From Octopus sinensis (lineage: Eukaryota), in assembly GCF_006345805.1 (NCBI RefSeq), contig NC_043009.1, positions 38,006,001 through 38,070,000 on the forward strand: 64,000 bases of DNA. The letters are read 5' to 3'. Within the stretch, counting starts at the first letter, position 1. Each line of letters begins with the position of its first letter. Below, piece after piece: positions 26,316 through 40,498 of this stretch. The notes below the pieces were generated by a model. That model ran no database searches, was not told where the DNA came from, and saw only the letters and a list, made by a program, of their open reading frames with translations. A program made the translations under genes and the position numbers.

Positions 26316-26992
26316 GAAAGCAGTGAGCTAGCATGCAAGACAAAATGCTCAGTAGCATTTTGTTCATCCTCAGATTCTGGGTTCAGACTCTGCTGAAGTT
26401 GACTCTGCCTTTCATCCTTTCAGGTTTGATAAAGTAAGTACCATTAGAACACTGGGGTTGATGTAATTGATTAGCACTCAACCACCTCAAGATTTCAGGT
26501 CTTGTGGCTATAGTAGAAAGTACCATTATTATTATGCACTCAAAAGTGTATTTGCTATTGTATCACCAGAACTTTTTCAATGTAGTTCAGTTATGTTTTT
26601 TGCTCACACGGCTTTACTTCATCAAATACACACACATTTTCACTACTATAGACACACACATACATTGGCTCTTATACATATACACAATCCCTTTCATTCC
26701 TACACACACACACACCTTCACTCCCACATATACATTTACTCCCAATACACCCTTACTTCAATACACACACACACACACACACATCACTTTCCAATACACA
26801 TACATACACTCATTCACCGTTGCTTCCCTCATACTCCTACACATACAGTTTACTACCCCCCCGAACACACTTTTATACACACACACACACACACCGTCAC
26901 TCCTATACATAATGTATATGCAGATACACAACCTTACTGTTACACACACACACAAAGCTTACACATATAGAGCATATTGATCTGTACATCTA

Positions 26993-27039
<47 letters not shown>

Positions 27040-28139
27040 GACAGACAGACACAAATACACGTGGAAAAAAAAACTTCCCAAAAACAATATTTGCAGCTTT
27101 GCATCTCACACAATACGTGTACTCAAAGATGCATCAAGAGAAATGTCTTTTGAAGCAGTTATTTATATGAAATGCACAAGTAGAGAACATGCAAAATGCA
27201 TATATTGAACTAAATAAATAATCAATAGAAAAATTTTGACCTAAATATTAGTTAATTTTTGATATTTGTAAAAAAAAAAAAAGTATGTGAGCGAGAGAGA
27301 GAGCAAGAGAGAGAGAGAGACAGAAAGAGAGAGAGAGAGCGAGAGTGGGGTAGTTTTCACCTTTCCATTAAACTTGTGTAAATCTTCCATGCTGTTTTGT
27401 TTGGAAAGAAGAGAAATGTTATTAAAAGGAGTAAATGGTAAGATTGTAAGAATGTGAAAAGAAAAAGTCTTCTAGTTTTCCTTTATATAATAAACAAAAG
27501 TTCCCTTAAATTGAGCAAGAATGGCAGTAAGTGCTCTGGGAATACTTTTATCTGGAGAAGATCACAGTTGATTAATTGAAAAGCAATCCTTTAATCAGAG
27601 AATCGCAGAACAGCCTCTTAGAATTGGATCACAAGTAACAAGCGGAATTCTTCTGATATTCTGATATCTGTGTCAAACTGGGAGACAAAGAGTGTGTGAG
27701 TGGAAGATGGGAGAGAGGAGAGAGAAAAGAGAGGGGGAAAGAAAGAGACAGGGAAATAGTGTGAGAGGGAGAGAGAAAAGAGAAGGGACGAGAGTATGGC
27801 AGAGAAAGAGAGTGAGAATGTGTGTGGGAGAGAAAGAGAGAGAGAGAGAGAGAGAGTGAGAGAGAGCTTGGTGTGATGAGGAAGAAATGACATTAGTGCA
27901 AGATCCAGCAATCTGCTCTTCCAGCATAATCTAGTAGGATTCACAATGAACTAGGTTAACAATAGCCTGGAGCTCAGAGCTGGGTTGTGTGATATGAGGT
28001 AGCAGGGGGAAAAAAAACAAACAAAAAACAAAAAAAAAAACAAAAAAAAAATCCAGATAAAGAGAGATTTCAATAACTACGTTTCAGGAGCAATGGTGAT
28101 GATTGCTTTTGTTTTTGTTATTTTTTTTATCTATTTTCT

Positions 28140-28239
28140 CTCAGTGTGTGTGTGTGTGTGTGAGAGGCAGGCTGAGTACACAGGAGAGATGTGTTACAAT
28201 GCATATGTGTATGTATATGAAGAAAGCATGCATGCATGA

Positions 28240-28272
<33 letters not shown>

Positions 28273-28518
28273 ATAATGAAGAATGTGTGAAAGCACAAAC
28301 GCAAATGTATTGCATAAAAATGTGTATATACAGTGCATAGATCTGAATGCATTGCATAGAAGTATGTATATACAGCACATGCATATATATATTATATGAG
28401 TGCATTGCATAGTAGTACACACACACACACACACATATACATATATATATATACACACACACATATATATACATATATATATATATATACACACATATAT
28501 ATATATATACATATACAC

Positions 28519-28551
<33 letters not shown>

Positions 28552-28638
28552 CACACATATATATATATACATACATATACATACATATATACATATATAT
28601 ACACACACGTATATATGTACATATGCACATATATATAA

Positions 28639-28674
<36 letters not shown>

Positions 28675-28900
28675 AAACACATACACACACACACACACAT
28701 ATAAAGACATACACACACACACATATATATAAAGACATACACACACACACATATATAAAGACATACACACACACACATATATAAACACATACACACACAC
28801 ATACATATATAAACACATACACACACACACATATATACACACACCACACACACATATATATATATATATATATACACACAGTGCATATATGTGTGTGTGT
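28140..28900. repeat. Long compound (TG)n/(TA)n/(CA)n microsatellite block
   Basis: Direct reading; this is the source of the 194-330 aa CV/YI ORFs. Confidence 0.95.
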
Positions 28901-29243
28901 TCCCATACAAAATATATGTATGCGCCTTCATTGAAGCTGTTTCTAATAAACTTAACAGAAGAGACGACAATAACAATGAGATTGTTACACATAATCAGCA
29001 AAGAAAATAAAGTATAAATAGAAAGACAGTGCGGCAGAAGAGGCTGGAGGTGGTGGTGGTGGTGGTGCTGATAGCAGTGGTGGAAATAGTGTACATTTGC
29101 TAAGTTTAGACTGAAAGAACATAACGAAGACAAAAGTGATTAATGAATACAATTATGTTAAATGACTCAGTCCCACTACAGTATATATCAGGGTTATTGG
29201 GAAAACTTTGCATCTCACATTAAATTTCTTTGTATGGTGGGGG

Positions 29244-29274
<31 letters not shown>

Positions 29275-30265
29275 TAAGGAAAAATTTTTTTTCTTTGTAG
29301 ATAACGGTTCTATAATTACTTGAAAATTTCTAATGATTTTTAGATAATAAAAATTCTTTAAAAGGTGAAGAAAATTAATATGAAATAATTAGAGAAGAAA
29401 TTTAGTGCAATTGTAAAAGCTGTGAGAGCCCTAAAGACTAGAAACCCTATTTTCCTGATCAGAATGTTTTGTCATAAAGATGACCGATGTAAATTATGAG
29501 AACCAATTTCTTAAAATACGACATGAACAATTAAGAATTTCAGGCTAAATGAATGAAAGCTAACTTCACAGGAATAGATTCTATTAAAATGCCAAACTGT
29601 TGCTTTGCACTAGCCGTGAAAATAAGTCTTCTATTATCTGTTCGAAAATGAGAGCAGTAAAAAAGACGAAAGCTGTGTAAAAATTTGTCAATATAAAGGA
29701 AAGAGGCTGTATTTATTATCTTTTTTTTTGCACCTTTTTTATGATGTGTTTTTGGAATCTTAGCAATTTGTACAATATCTCTCTGAATTCTTTGAATAGA
29801 AAAGATATGGAAAAAAAAAAAAAAAAAAGCAAAACACCAATCTTCCAGCAATGCACTACTGACATATTCAATACACCAATATTAAAAAAGTCTGATCTAT
29901 ATTTTCTCAACCAAACAGTTCCACAGCATTAAATGAAATACATATGTATGCGTACGTATGTGTGTGTGTGTGTGTGTGTGTGTGAGAAAGTATATCTGTC
30001 TATCTATCTATCTGTATTATAGATATCTATACATTTTTTTCCCCTTTCTGTTTCTGCAAAGTTAATAATTTAATTTAATTTATTGTGATGTAATGTTTAA
30101 ATGTTTAATAGGAGCACTTGTGACTCCTGACCAGGTCACACTGCTGACATCCAACTAGAAAGAAATAGTTGTTATAGAGAAATTAAAAGAAAAATTAAAG
30201 GTAAAGAACATTTAGTCAAATAAATGCATAAAGATAATATTGCTTGTTTCTCCAACATCAGTAAT

Positions 30266-30317
<52 letters not shown>

Positions 30318-30328
30318 GTGGTGTGTGT

Positions 30329-30630
30329 GTGGAGGCACAATGGCCCAGTGGTTAGGGCAGCGGACTCGCGGTCTTAGGATCACAGTTTCGATTCCGAGAC
30401 TGGGCGTTGTGAGTGTTTATTGAGCGAAAACACCTAAGGCTCCACGAGGCTCTGGCAGGGGGTGGTGGCGATCCCTGCTGTACGCTTTCGCCACAACTTT
30501 CTCTCACTCTTTCTTCTGTAGGCCTGCTTGCTTAGCCAGCGAGGTGGCTTCATTTGAAGGCTAAAACAATGCGAAGTGCATTGTGACCAGCCATGTGTAG
30601 TAACATCTGATAGCCTGGTCAGTCACGTGA
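30329..30630 (+). mobile_element. tRNA-derived SINE (D-like head, distinct body)
   Basis: gtggaggcacaatggcccagtggttagggcagcggactcgcggtc...tttcgattccgagac carries A/B-box-like motifs. Confidence 0.75.
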
Positions 30631-30996
30631 TATGTGTGTGTGTGTGTATTACACACACATGTGTGTATGTGTGTGCATATATGCACCATGCTGCAATTAC
30701 CTATGTTATTTTGTGCAATACACTTTGGGCCTGTAATATACTAAGGCATATGTTTTATATTATCAAATGAATTTCTGTAAGGGGAACATTTCATAAGATG
30801 AAGGCTATGCCTAATAGGGAGACCAGCTGTGGTGAAGCTTAATGGTAAGGAAGACCAGCATCTATATGCTTGGGTTTAGCATCCCTACCATGCAACCCTT
30901 TGTCTCTGGCATGCACACTATGCATCAGTTTAGGTTACATAATTAGAAGGAGAGTGTAAGGTAAGCTCAGTACATAAACAACACTTATTTTTTTAG

Positions 30997-31057
30997 GGTG
31001 TTGATGAATTTCGTATAGAAGTGACTGTTGTCAAGTGCTCAGACATCACCATAGATG
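30997..31057 (+). CDS. Weak candidate exon GVDEFRIEVTVVKCSDITID; may instead be a decayed RTE RT fragment
   Basis: Acceptor cacttatttttttag, donor ATG|gtaaag, open frame. DEFRIEV also resembles the RTE RT segment EEFRVEVGVHQGS. Confidence 0.2.
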
Positions 31058-31077
31058 GTAAAGTCCCTCATGTATCT

Positions 31078-31125
<48 letters not shown>

Positions 31126-31784
31126 AGATTGGTGTGTTACATTTTTTAAATCATATCTTTCTATTCAAAGAATTCGGAGAGATATTGTACAAATTGCTAA
31201 GATTCCAAAAACACATAAGAATGGTACAAAAAAAAAAAAAAAATAATAAATACAGCCTCTTTCCTTCATATTGACAAACTTTTACACAGCTATGGTCTTT
31301 TTTTCTAATTTATATATATATTATATATTGTGAAATTTGATTTAGTATTTCTAAATTGAATTTTTCCCTGTAAGTTTGGAATAATATTCCCTCATATTTT
31401 ATTTATATATATATATATACACACACACATATATACTTGTATGCAATGTATAGGGGAGACCTAGTCCTCCAGCAGACTTGGGAAACAATCAGTAACTGTA
31501 AATAACAAATGACTTGCAATGTGACAACTCATCCAACCCATACCAGCAGGAAAAGCAAATGTAATATGCTGGTACATACACATACAAAAAGAGAAAGAAA
31601 GGGATTAAAAAATCCAGGCAAATATCATTAAAGCACTTGATTTTAAATGAATTTGGTCAACTATATCTAACAATGCAAATAGAAAACACATCCAAGGTAA
31701 TTCCTCATGTATGACAAGTAGATCCAAATATCATTTAGAAGAATTGAGAAATTCAGAGTATTAGACAACAAAAGTATGTATGGT

Positions 31785-32084
31785 ATGTATGGAGAAAATT
31801 GCATCTTTAATTGTTGAATTCGCCTTACAAAGCCGACAATTATTTCTATTGTGTTAACATATTTAAATATAGAAAATATCATTGAAGTTAATATTTCTGA
31901 AAATACAGATTAACATAACGTTTTCAAGGTTATCCAAAATTAGTTACATTTAAGTAATTTTTGATTGTCTTGAAAACATGTTAACATGTATTTTCAGAAA
32001 TATTAACTTTAATGATATTTTCCATATTTAAATATGTTAACACAACAGAAACAATTATCGGAAGATGTGATTTTCTCCATATGT
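31785..32084. mobile_element. Fold-back MITE (near-complete palindrome of about 300 bp)
   Basis: Arms 31789-31928 and 31969-32080 are reverse complements; the left arm has about 26 extra nt. The ORF track shows MIFSIFKYVNT on both strands. Confidence 0.88.
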
Positions 32085-34102
32085 ATTTATGTTATGTGTG
32101 TGTGTGTGTGTGTACACACACATCCCTGGTTACCAACCCTCACCAGTTTCCCATCAAGGTAATAATTTCCCCCATGGTTAGACAGGTTTTCACAAAATAC
32201 TGGACTGACACTGCTTGTAAGACACTGACACCAATTTGCAACTATCGATGTCAAAATCAGGGGACAAATATTCAAATTTGCATACATGAAAGGCTTCTTT
32301 CATTTTCCATCTACCAAATTCACTTACACGGTTTTGGTCAGCCTAGTGCTACAGTAGAAAAACATTTGCCCAAGGTGCTACACAGTGGGACTGAACCTGA
32401 AACCATGTGGTTGAGAAGCAGACTTCTTAACCCACACAGCCACACCTGCACTTCATAACCTTGTAAAATAATAACGATGATTATATGTACACTCGCACAT
32501 GAGCAGTATTTCGTTTTATCACAGTCTTGTATGTTAAGTCAACAACAACAACAATAATAATACAGAAGTTAATACAAGAAATTACTTTTAACAATATTTG
32601 TTGGTTGTTGTTAGTTAAATAGTACGTTATGGCAATGTTAGTTGATCTTATTCTATCTTGCTTAGTTACCTTCGCAAGTCTTAACCATGCTACGAAGCAT
32701 TTCTTATTCAGTTTTAATCCACCGAGAATTAATCAGCAGTTCCTACTCAGACGCTCTTTGAATATGTCTTTCCAATCCAATTCTATCTTTAATCTGACAC
32801 TTGTTTAGTCTATTTTGACAAGGTGAACTATTTCTTCAATGCAAAACTGATTAGAACTAATGAAAAGATTCACAATCTGAAAGCGGGCAACATTTGAGTA
32901 AGTTGAAGTGAATGCTTTTGAATATCCAGGAAAGTGCTAATATGGAAGAGGTCTTAGAACTCGTATGATTATTACTTCGGTAAAGACAGTTATATAATTC
33001 TAGAGATATTCGTTTTATCTTTCCTAGCAGAACAATTTTAGAATTACATTGTCTACGGCAGCAATGGAAAGTTCCTATTTACAACAGACTGACATACTTC
33101 TTCTACATTCAGTGGCATCCCTTGACTTTATATTCTAAGTGACCTGCGTCTTTTACAAGCAGCATAGAAACGGCATTCCCTCTAAGCTTATATCTATTTC
33201 CAATAAATCCTTTTGTATTGTTTAAGAATGTGTATTTCACTTTTTTTTCTTATAAGGCAGTGATGTATTGTGTGTTATTTTTGCAGTAAAACTTCTGTTG
33301 TCCAAAATGCATGTCTATATGTGTTTTGTGCAACTGCAAAAATAATATAATTCAATAGAGATTTATGTCTGCTTTCGAACAATACACTCACTACATTATA
33401 TCTAATAAATGCATTAAAAAGACACAATCTTGGCACCAGCTGATGAAATATTTGAAAAGCAGATTTAGAAAAAAAAAAAAAAGAAAAAAATAGCTAAAGA
33501 ATAAAACAAATATTGAAGAAGCTTTTATGTAATTATGAGGGTTTCCTTTTTAAATTTGCAGAGTTTAGACAAACAACGAGAATGGTGATGATAAATACGA
33601 TACAAAGCATACATATGTAAATATGCAATACAATAAAAACCCTCATATTTCTCTTTCAATCACTGAACAAGACTTGCAGATTTTTCACTTAACTACAATA
33701 CTAATATCTAAATTTTTCTCACAGGCACAGACATGGTTGCATAGCAAGAAGTTTACTTCCTAAGCACATGGTCTTGGGTTCAGTCCTGCTGCATGACACT
33801 TTGGGCAAGTGTCTTCTACTACAGCCCTGGGTAAATCAAAGTCTTGTAAGTGGATTTTGTAGACAGAATACCAGCCTTATGACAAAGTTATTTTACTAAA
33901 TTATTTTCATAATTAACTGAAAAGTAGTGTATTACAACAGGGATTTGTTACTTCAGATACATAAGTGGCACCAAATACCAGTAATTATTCATTACACTTG
34001 AGTAACGGGTCAGAAACTATGTTCAATAGAAACTAAAGTTAAGCTGCTATTTGCAAGATGAGTGTGTCTATAAAACACATTCAAAAGTATCTATTTTATA
34101 TG

Positions 34103-34133
<31 letters not shown>

Positions 34134-34139
34134 ATGTAG

Positions 34140-34487
34140 TTAAAAAGCTTGCTTTCCAACTATATGGTTTTGGGTTCAGTTCCCCATTGCAGTAACTTGG
34201 GTGAATGGATTTGGTAAATAGAAATTGAAAGGTGGTGAAGTGGTAGAATCGTTAGCATGGCGGGTAAAATGCTCAGCAGTATTTCGTCTGCAGTTATGTT
34301 CTGAATTCAAAATCCGCCGAGGTCGACTTTGCCTTTCATGCTTTCGGGGTCGATAATAAATTAAGTACCAGTTACGCACTGGGGAGGGGGTCGATGTAAT
34401 CGACTTAATCCCTTTGTCTGTCCTTGTTTGTCCTCTCTATGTTTAGCCCCTTGTGGGCAATAAAGAAATAAGGAAATTGAAAGAAGC

Positions 34488-34532
<45 letters not shown>

Positions 34533-34771
34533 CCTTGTCTCGACATCATGTGATGATTGTAAATGAGCATCACTGCCATGTAAATGATGTTGTTTGTTTC
34601 CAGTCTTCAGTGGGAAGCAAGTCTGGCCATGCAGAAATATTACCTTGCTTGGAAGCAGGTGAAGGCTGGTGACAGGAAGGATATCCAACCATAGAGAAAG
34701 TCTGCCTCAATAAATTCTGCCCGACCCATGCAAGAATAGGAAAGTGAACATTAATGACGATGATGATGATG

Positions 34772-34773
<2 letters not shown>
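34140..34773 (+). mobile_element. Composite element: SINE A head with a nested SINE B (34232-34472), then (TG)n and an RTE-type C2 tail
   Basis: TSD gaaattgaaag at 34221-34231 and 34473-34483; the tail ends aatgacgatgatgatgat. Confidence 0.85.
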
Positions 34774-34808
<35 letters not shown>

Positions 34809-35122
34809 AAAGATATGCATAATAAAAGTGAGTTGCGCAGAGGCAGTGTTGTCTGTTGTGTCATTGAAAATGCAGTGAAGCAGTAAGTTACTCCTCATTG
34901 AAAACCTATAATCAATGTAGCTATTGTCCACAAAATCCATTTCCATTAATATGCTGAATCCCAGCCCTTTGGGAACAAAGTTACTGGGTCAGTAAATTGT
35001 ATTGTTAAAGCACAACTGACCGGATCTGTACACCAATGACAACGACAACAACACCAGCAACGCTTACAGAATCGATTGAAGACAAAATATAATGGTGAAA
35101 GTTGGTGGGGGACATAGTGAAA

Positions 35123-35156
<34 letters not shown>

Positions 35157-35189
35157 ATCTTCTCTATTAAGTCTGAACTTGAATATTTA

Positions 35190-36200
35190 CAATATTGGAA
35201 AACTGTAATACAATATCTAATAAGCAAGGAACACACTACCTGATAGTGGATGTATAACATGCTATAGTAGAGCTACATAATAATATCAAAGACATGACAC
35301 ACAATAGTAGAAATACAATAAATAATATCAGAGATAGAAGATACAATAGTAAGGAAACTATAGCCAATAGAAATATAATAGACAATATCTAATAGTAGAG
35401 ATATCGTGGGGATACAATACTTAGTATGAAAGATACTACATACAATAGTAGAGATACAATATGTTATATAGAGATACAGCATACAATAGCAAATATACAA
35501 CATATAACAGTAAAGATACAATAGACAATATCAAACAACAAAGAAACAAGTGACAATAGCTAAGAATATAATACTTAATATGAGAAATGTAATATACAAT
35601 AGGAGATATGGTATCTTGTAGCAGGTACACAATATAAAATAACAGAGATATACTATACAATATCTAAGGGGGTATAATGTATTCAGTAGCAGAGATACAA
35701 TAGGCAGTGACAACAGCAAGGAATACAATACCCATTAGCAGATATGTAAGATAAAATAACAGAGATATACTATACAATATCTAAGGGGGTATAATGTATT
35801 CAGTAGCAGAGATACAATAGGCAGTGACAACAGCAAGGAATACAATACCCATTAGCAGATATGTAAGATAAAATAACAGAGATATACTATACAACATCTA
35901 AGGGAATATAATATCTATAGGAAAAGATACAAGCAGAAGTACAATTGATAACATGGAATACAATACCCAATAGTGGAAATGCAATATCCAGAAGCAGAGA
36001 CAACAATATCCAAGAAAAGATACAATATACAATAACAGAAATACAGTATCTAATCTATAATACATATATATATATATACAATGCCCTTAAGTGGAGATAC
36101 AATATTCTATAGCAGAAATACAATATTCTACTGTACAGATACTCTACCCTGTAGCAGAGATGCAATATCCACAGGCAGGTGTGCAATATCTAATAGTTGG
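35190..36200. repeat. Degenerate minisatellite (unit about 20 bp) containing an exact 117-bp tandem duplication
   Basis: Recurring agcagagatacaatatc motif. Segments 35641-35757 and 35758-35874 are identical, and a third partial copy starts at 35875. Confidence 0.85.
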
Positions 36201-38261
36201 GTACCTCCAGCTATAAATTAGATTGAAATAAGCAACACTGCTTGCAATATTTCCTTTCAAAACTAATTATGCAGTGAGTCAATGAAAGAACTTCTATGTG
36301 ATTACTGTCCCTGCTGGAAATAGCAGTTAAGTCTGTAAAGTTACTGTAATGATTAAAAAAAAAAAAAAAAGATACTTTAGACACTCCTGGCTATACAAAA
36401 AAGATAGGATGGTAACAGCTGGAACATTCTAGATATATATCTGCTTGATCAAGCCTGACCTAGGGGCTAAATAAAAAAAAAAAAATAATAAATTATACAA
36501 GATATGTATTTGTGTGTATGTATGTATGTATGTATGTGTGTGTGTACATTTTTAAATAAAAGTGTTGACATGGTTATGTGCAGATGAGCATGGATGTAAG
36601 CAAATTCATATATTGAAAGACTGAAGTATTTTTCTTGCACAACTGATGGTGCAATGCAAAGCACAAGAAAGTAATAATGGCAAGCTTTCAGCAAGCAGCA
36701 AGTAATAACTGTGATAATGGTAAAATTCCCAGTTAAATTTCCTTCATTTCCTTTACTCTTCATTCATACAGCTTTCAGTGGCAGTAACAAAATACCTGAA
36801 GAATTTTTCTTTTTAATTTTATGTCTTTGGTCAGGTTTCATGAAAACAAAGTCTTTGGTACTAACCCAAACCCAGTAACTGCATTCAATTCAAGTACCAG
36901 ACTAGTTTCATTTTGTTTTTTTGTTTTTTCTTCTTTATTATTTCATTATCAGACTTCTGTGTCTAGCAGAAATAATACTTAGGCAAAAAAAAAAAAAAAT
37001 TTCATCTTGGTCTAAAATTTAATTAAGAAAAAAAAATCTCATAAGTTATGAGGAGAACAGAAAAAACATCACTAAAACTAGCTGAAATTTGTCTCAAATT
37101 TGATTGTCTGTCACAAGTTTTGAAGTTTACTTGTTGCACGAATTAGGTAAAAAAAAAAAAAAAGTAAGCTCATGGCATGGTAGTGTAGCTAAGAAGATAA
37201 CTTTCCAATCATGTTGTTCAAAAGCTTGTCTCCCAACCACCTGGTTTTTGTGTTCATTTCCATTACACACCACTTTGGGACAAGTATTTTCTACTGTAGA
37301 TCTCAAAGCTATAGGTGACCAAAGCTTTGTTAGTGAATTTGGTAGATAGAAACCGAAAGAAGCCGTGTGTGTGTGTGTATAGACAGAGTAATCAAAATGC
37401 TAAAGGATTAAGAATCTCTCTCTCCCTCCATCAACTCGAATCTTGAGGGCCCTGTAAAGGGTCTTGGACATGGCCTTCCCTCCAGACTAAGAAGTATAAA
37501 AATATTAGACATCTCTGCATGCACACACACACACACACCACACACACACACACACACGTGTGTATATACATTTATTCATATGCAGAGTTATGGATACATG
37601 TATAGATGAGTATTTACCTGCATGTATAGAAAATTGCATATACATATATATATGGAAATAGTTGCATTGATATAGTTGTGTGTGTGTATGTTTGTGTGTG
37701 CAGATGTATGTATGTATAGATAGATATATGCTAACATATTGGACTTCCATTTATTTTGTAATTTTCCAAGTTCTGGTCCATCAGGGGAAAAAATGTGAAA
37801 ATATAATTACCATGATCAAATTAAATAAAAAAAAATTTCTTTTTTTTTGTTTCATTTTCAGTAGAGAGAGATTAAATCTTAAATAAATAAGGTTTACTTA
37901 AGTACCTTATTGATTAAAAAGGGGACAATTTTCTGTGAGATTAAAATATATCCTGCAAAGGTATGATTAAGAAATAATGTAAATAAGGAAAAGTTTATAA
38001 TATTTTGTTGACAAAAAGATTAATATAGGTGCAGTGATAGCTGTGTGGTTAAGAAGCTTGTTTGGCATGGAGTCAGATGAGGTGTTCAAATCCACCGTTG
38101 GCCTGTGATTTCTGTTATGGCCTTGGGTTGATCAATCCGTTCTGTGTGAATATTTGTAGATAGAAATTGTTTACAAGTCCTTCACACACACACACACACA
38201 CATGTGTATATCTGTGTTGATACTTGACAACTAGTGTTGGTTTGTTAAAACCCTTTTAACT

Positions 38262-38460
38262 TGGCGAGCACGCCGGGCGACATGCTTAGCAGTATTTCGT
38301 CTGTCTTTACGTTCTGAGCTCAAATTCCGCCGAGGTCGACTTTGCTTTTCATCCTTTCGGGGTCGATTAAATAAGTACCAGTTACACACTGGGGTCGATA
38401 TAATCGACTTAATCAGTTTGTCCCCTCTGTGTGTAGCCCCTTGTGGGTAATAAAGAAATA
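38262..38460 (+). mobile_element. SINE family B, 5'-truncated, within family A remnants
   Basis: ggcgagcacgccgggcg...gtgggtaataaagaaata, flanked by A-tail fragments. Confidence 0.85.
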
Positions 38461-39659
38461 GGTATGTTGAAAAGATACAGACAAAATAAAAACCCTGCTT
38501 CAAATCGATGCTCCCGCATGGCCACAGTCCGCTAACTATAATAAATAAAAGAACCACATTTATTTATCTGCCCTCCTCTCTCTCACTACGTACGTACATA
38601 CATACATACGTACGTACGTACGTACGTACGTACATACATACATACGTACATACATACATACACACACACCACACACACACACACACATACATACAGACAC
38701 TTAAGCAGACACACCGCCATTATTTCTCTTAAGCAATTCATCTTCGCCCTTGGTAAAGTAGACAATTATGATAAATATTGGCTGCTTTGACAACTTGAAA
38801 GGAACCTAGCTATATTAGTTACAGTTGCCACTTCTGTTGGATAGTTTTCTCTCTTGGTTCAGTAAGCTATTTCACTTGTAATAATAATAATAATAATCAT
38901 AAGAATAAGACGGCGATGACGACGGGTATGCTTCAATAAATATGGAAAGACATATTAACAATAACAACACAATAAAACTAGACCCCCCGATGTTTGTGTG
39001 TTAAAGAATTTATTAGCGGCTGGCTTTACAGGTATCATCGTCGTCTTAGCTAAAACCAGTTGTCATATATATATATATATGCAAGTGAAACCTATGTCTA
39101 TTTAAAATCTCATCAAAATTTTAAGAGGCAACACCCCCCCGCCTTTCTGGTCTATTTTTTTTCTTCTTCTTTTATTCGAAAACATATATAATAAGTTCAG
39201 GTGGCACCATACCATTGAAGAAAAATTAAGCCGGTTATGATTGGTAACAAAAGCAAAGCTTCAGAAACATGAATTTGAATATATATATTATTTCTTTACG
39301 TTTGTTTTTGTTTTTTTTTCTAAAAGTAGGACATTCCACGATTTCTTGAACTCGGTATTTAATTGTTTTTTTAAGGTTGGATGATATCTCTTAACGCTAG
39401 CTAATAGGATTAATTAATACATCTATAGCTAACTTTCTTTGTATCTATTTTTCTATTATCTGTCTGTCTTATCTATTTTCTAACTGGGTGAATTCAATGG
39501 TAGAGTTGTGTACAGTACATTTACATAGTGGTTCCTACATCACGTTTTAAGCAAATACAGTGAAAACTTTACTTCACTAGTGAGCCCAGAATAAGGTGGA
39601 AACATGACTAGTGTTGTCCTCTATAAGTGCCAAAAAGAAAAAAAAGACAAACCATCAAC

Positions 39660-40045
39660 TCTTTACTCTTTTACTTGTTTCAGTCATTTGACTGCAGCCA
39701 TGCTGGAGCACTGCCTTTAGTTGAGCAAATCGACCCTAGGACTTATTCTTTGTAAGCCTAGTACTTATTCTATCGGTCTCTTTTGCTGAACCGCTAAGTT
39801 AAGGGGACGTAAACGCATCAGCATCGGTTGTCAAGCGATGTTGGGGGGGGGACAACACAGACACACAAACACACACACACATATACGATGGGCTTTTTTC
39901 AGTTTCCTTCTACCAAATCCACTCACATGGCTTTGGTCGGCCTGAAGCTATAGTAGAAGACACTTGCCCAAGGTGCCACGCAGTGGGACTGAACCTCGAA
40001 CTATGTGGTTGGTAAGCAAGCTACTTACCACACAGCCACTCCTAC
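39660..40045 (-). mobile_element. SINE family A, full length
   Basis: Reverse complement of the 21164-21580 sequence. Confidence 0.92.
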
Positions 40046-40498
40046 TCCTCTAATATAGTTTCCTTTCCTCTTCACATATTTGTTTCCAGTTATACAATAT
40101 ACGGTTAATACAAACTTTTTAATATTTGAATCAGTAGACTTTTGCAACACTACTGTATTAAGAAACTATTAAAACCAATTTAAATGAATACCTCGGGAAA
40201 ATCCATCAGTGATTAAAATATTCAGTTTTATATAGTAACAACAAACTGCAAGTAATTAACAATTAAAAGGTATTAATTGAATAAAATACATATTACTCTT
40301 TAATTATTTAGTTAAATAACAAAATACACATACAGTTATCATCCTCATTATTGTTTCAACGTCTACTTTTCCAGGTTTTCATTGTCATAATTGGCTTCTA
40401 AAATATTTAATGTAAAGTACTATTAAAAATCAAATGGTAAGATTAACTGATAGGGTCAAATGCTTTGACTGATTGCTAAGATATTCGATCTTTAACAT

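Larger units (their letters stand above)
29660..31304. repeat. Inverted repeat pair: arms 29660-29844 and 31125-31304
   Basis: A core of about 65 bp (atgtgtttttggaatcttagcaatttgtacaatatctctc.gaattctttgaatag) differs at only two positions between the arms. Confidence 0.9.

Noticed and set aside
28127-29133. Long ORFs (194-330 aa) rich in CV/YI/HT; similar ones at 4271-5288, 13976-14317, 26467-26980 and 52871-53344
   Set aside because: They are translations of dinucleotide microsatellites that lack stops in some frames; there is no domain content.
30961-30996. Apparent 36-nt intron (and a 32-nt one on the minus strand at 7623-7592)
   Set aside because: Shorter than typical metazoan minimal introns; the upstream frame at 30960 is closed.
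34990-35090. TTDRICTPMTTTTTP..., resembling the end of a TNFR-type cysteine repeat
   Set aside because: Poor acceptor, a single short motif, and no upstream Cys-rich exon found.
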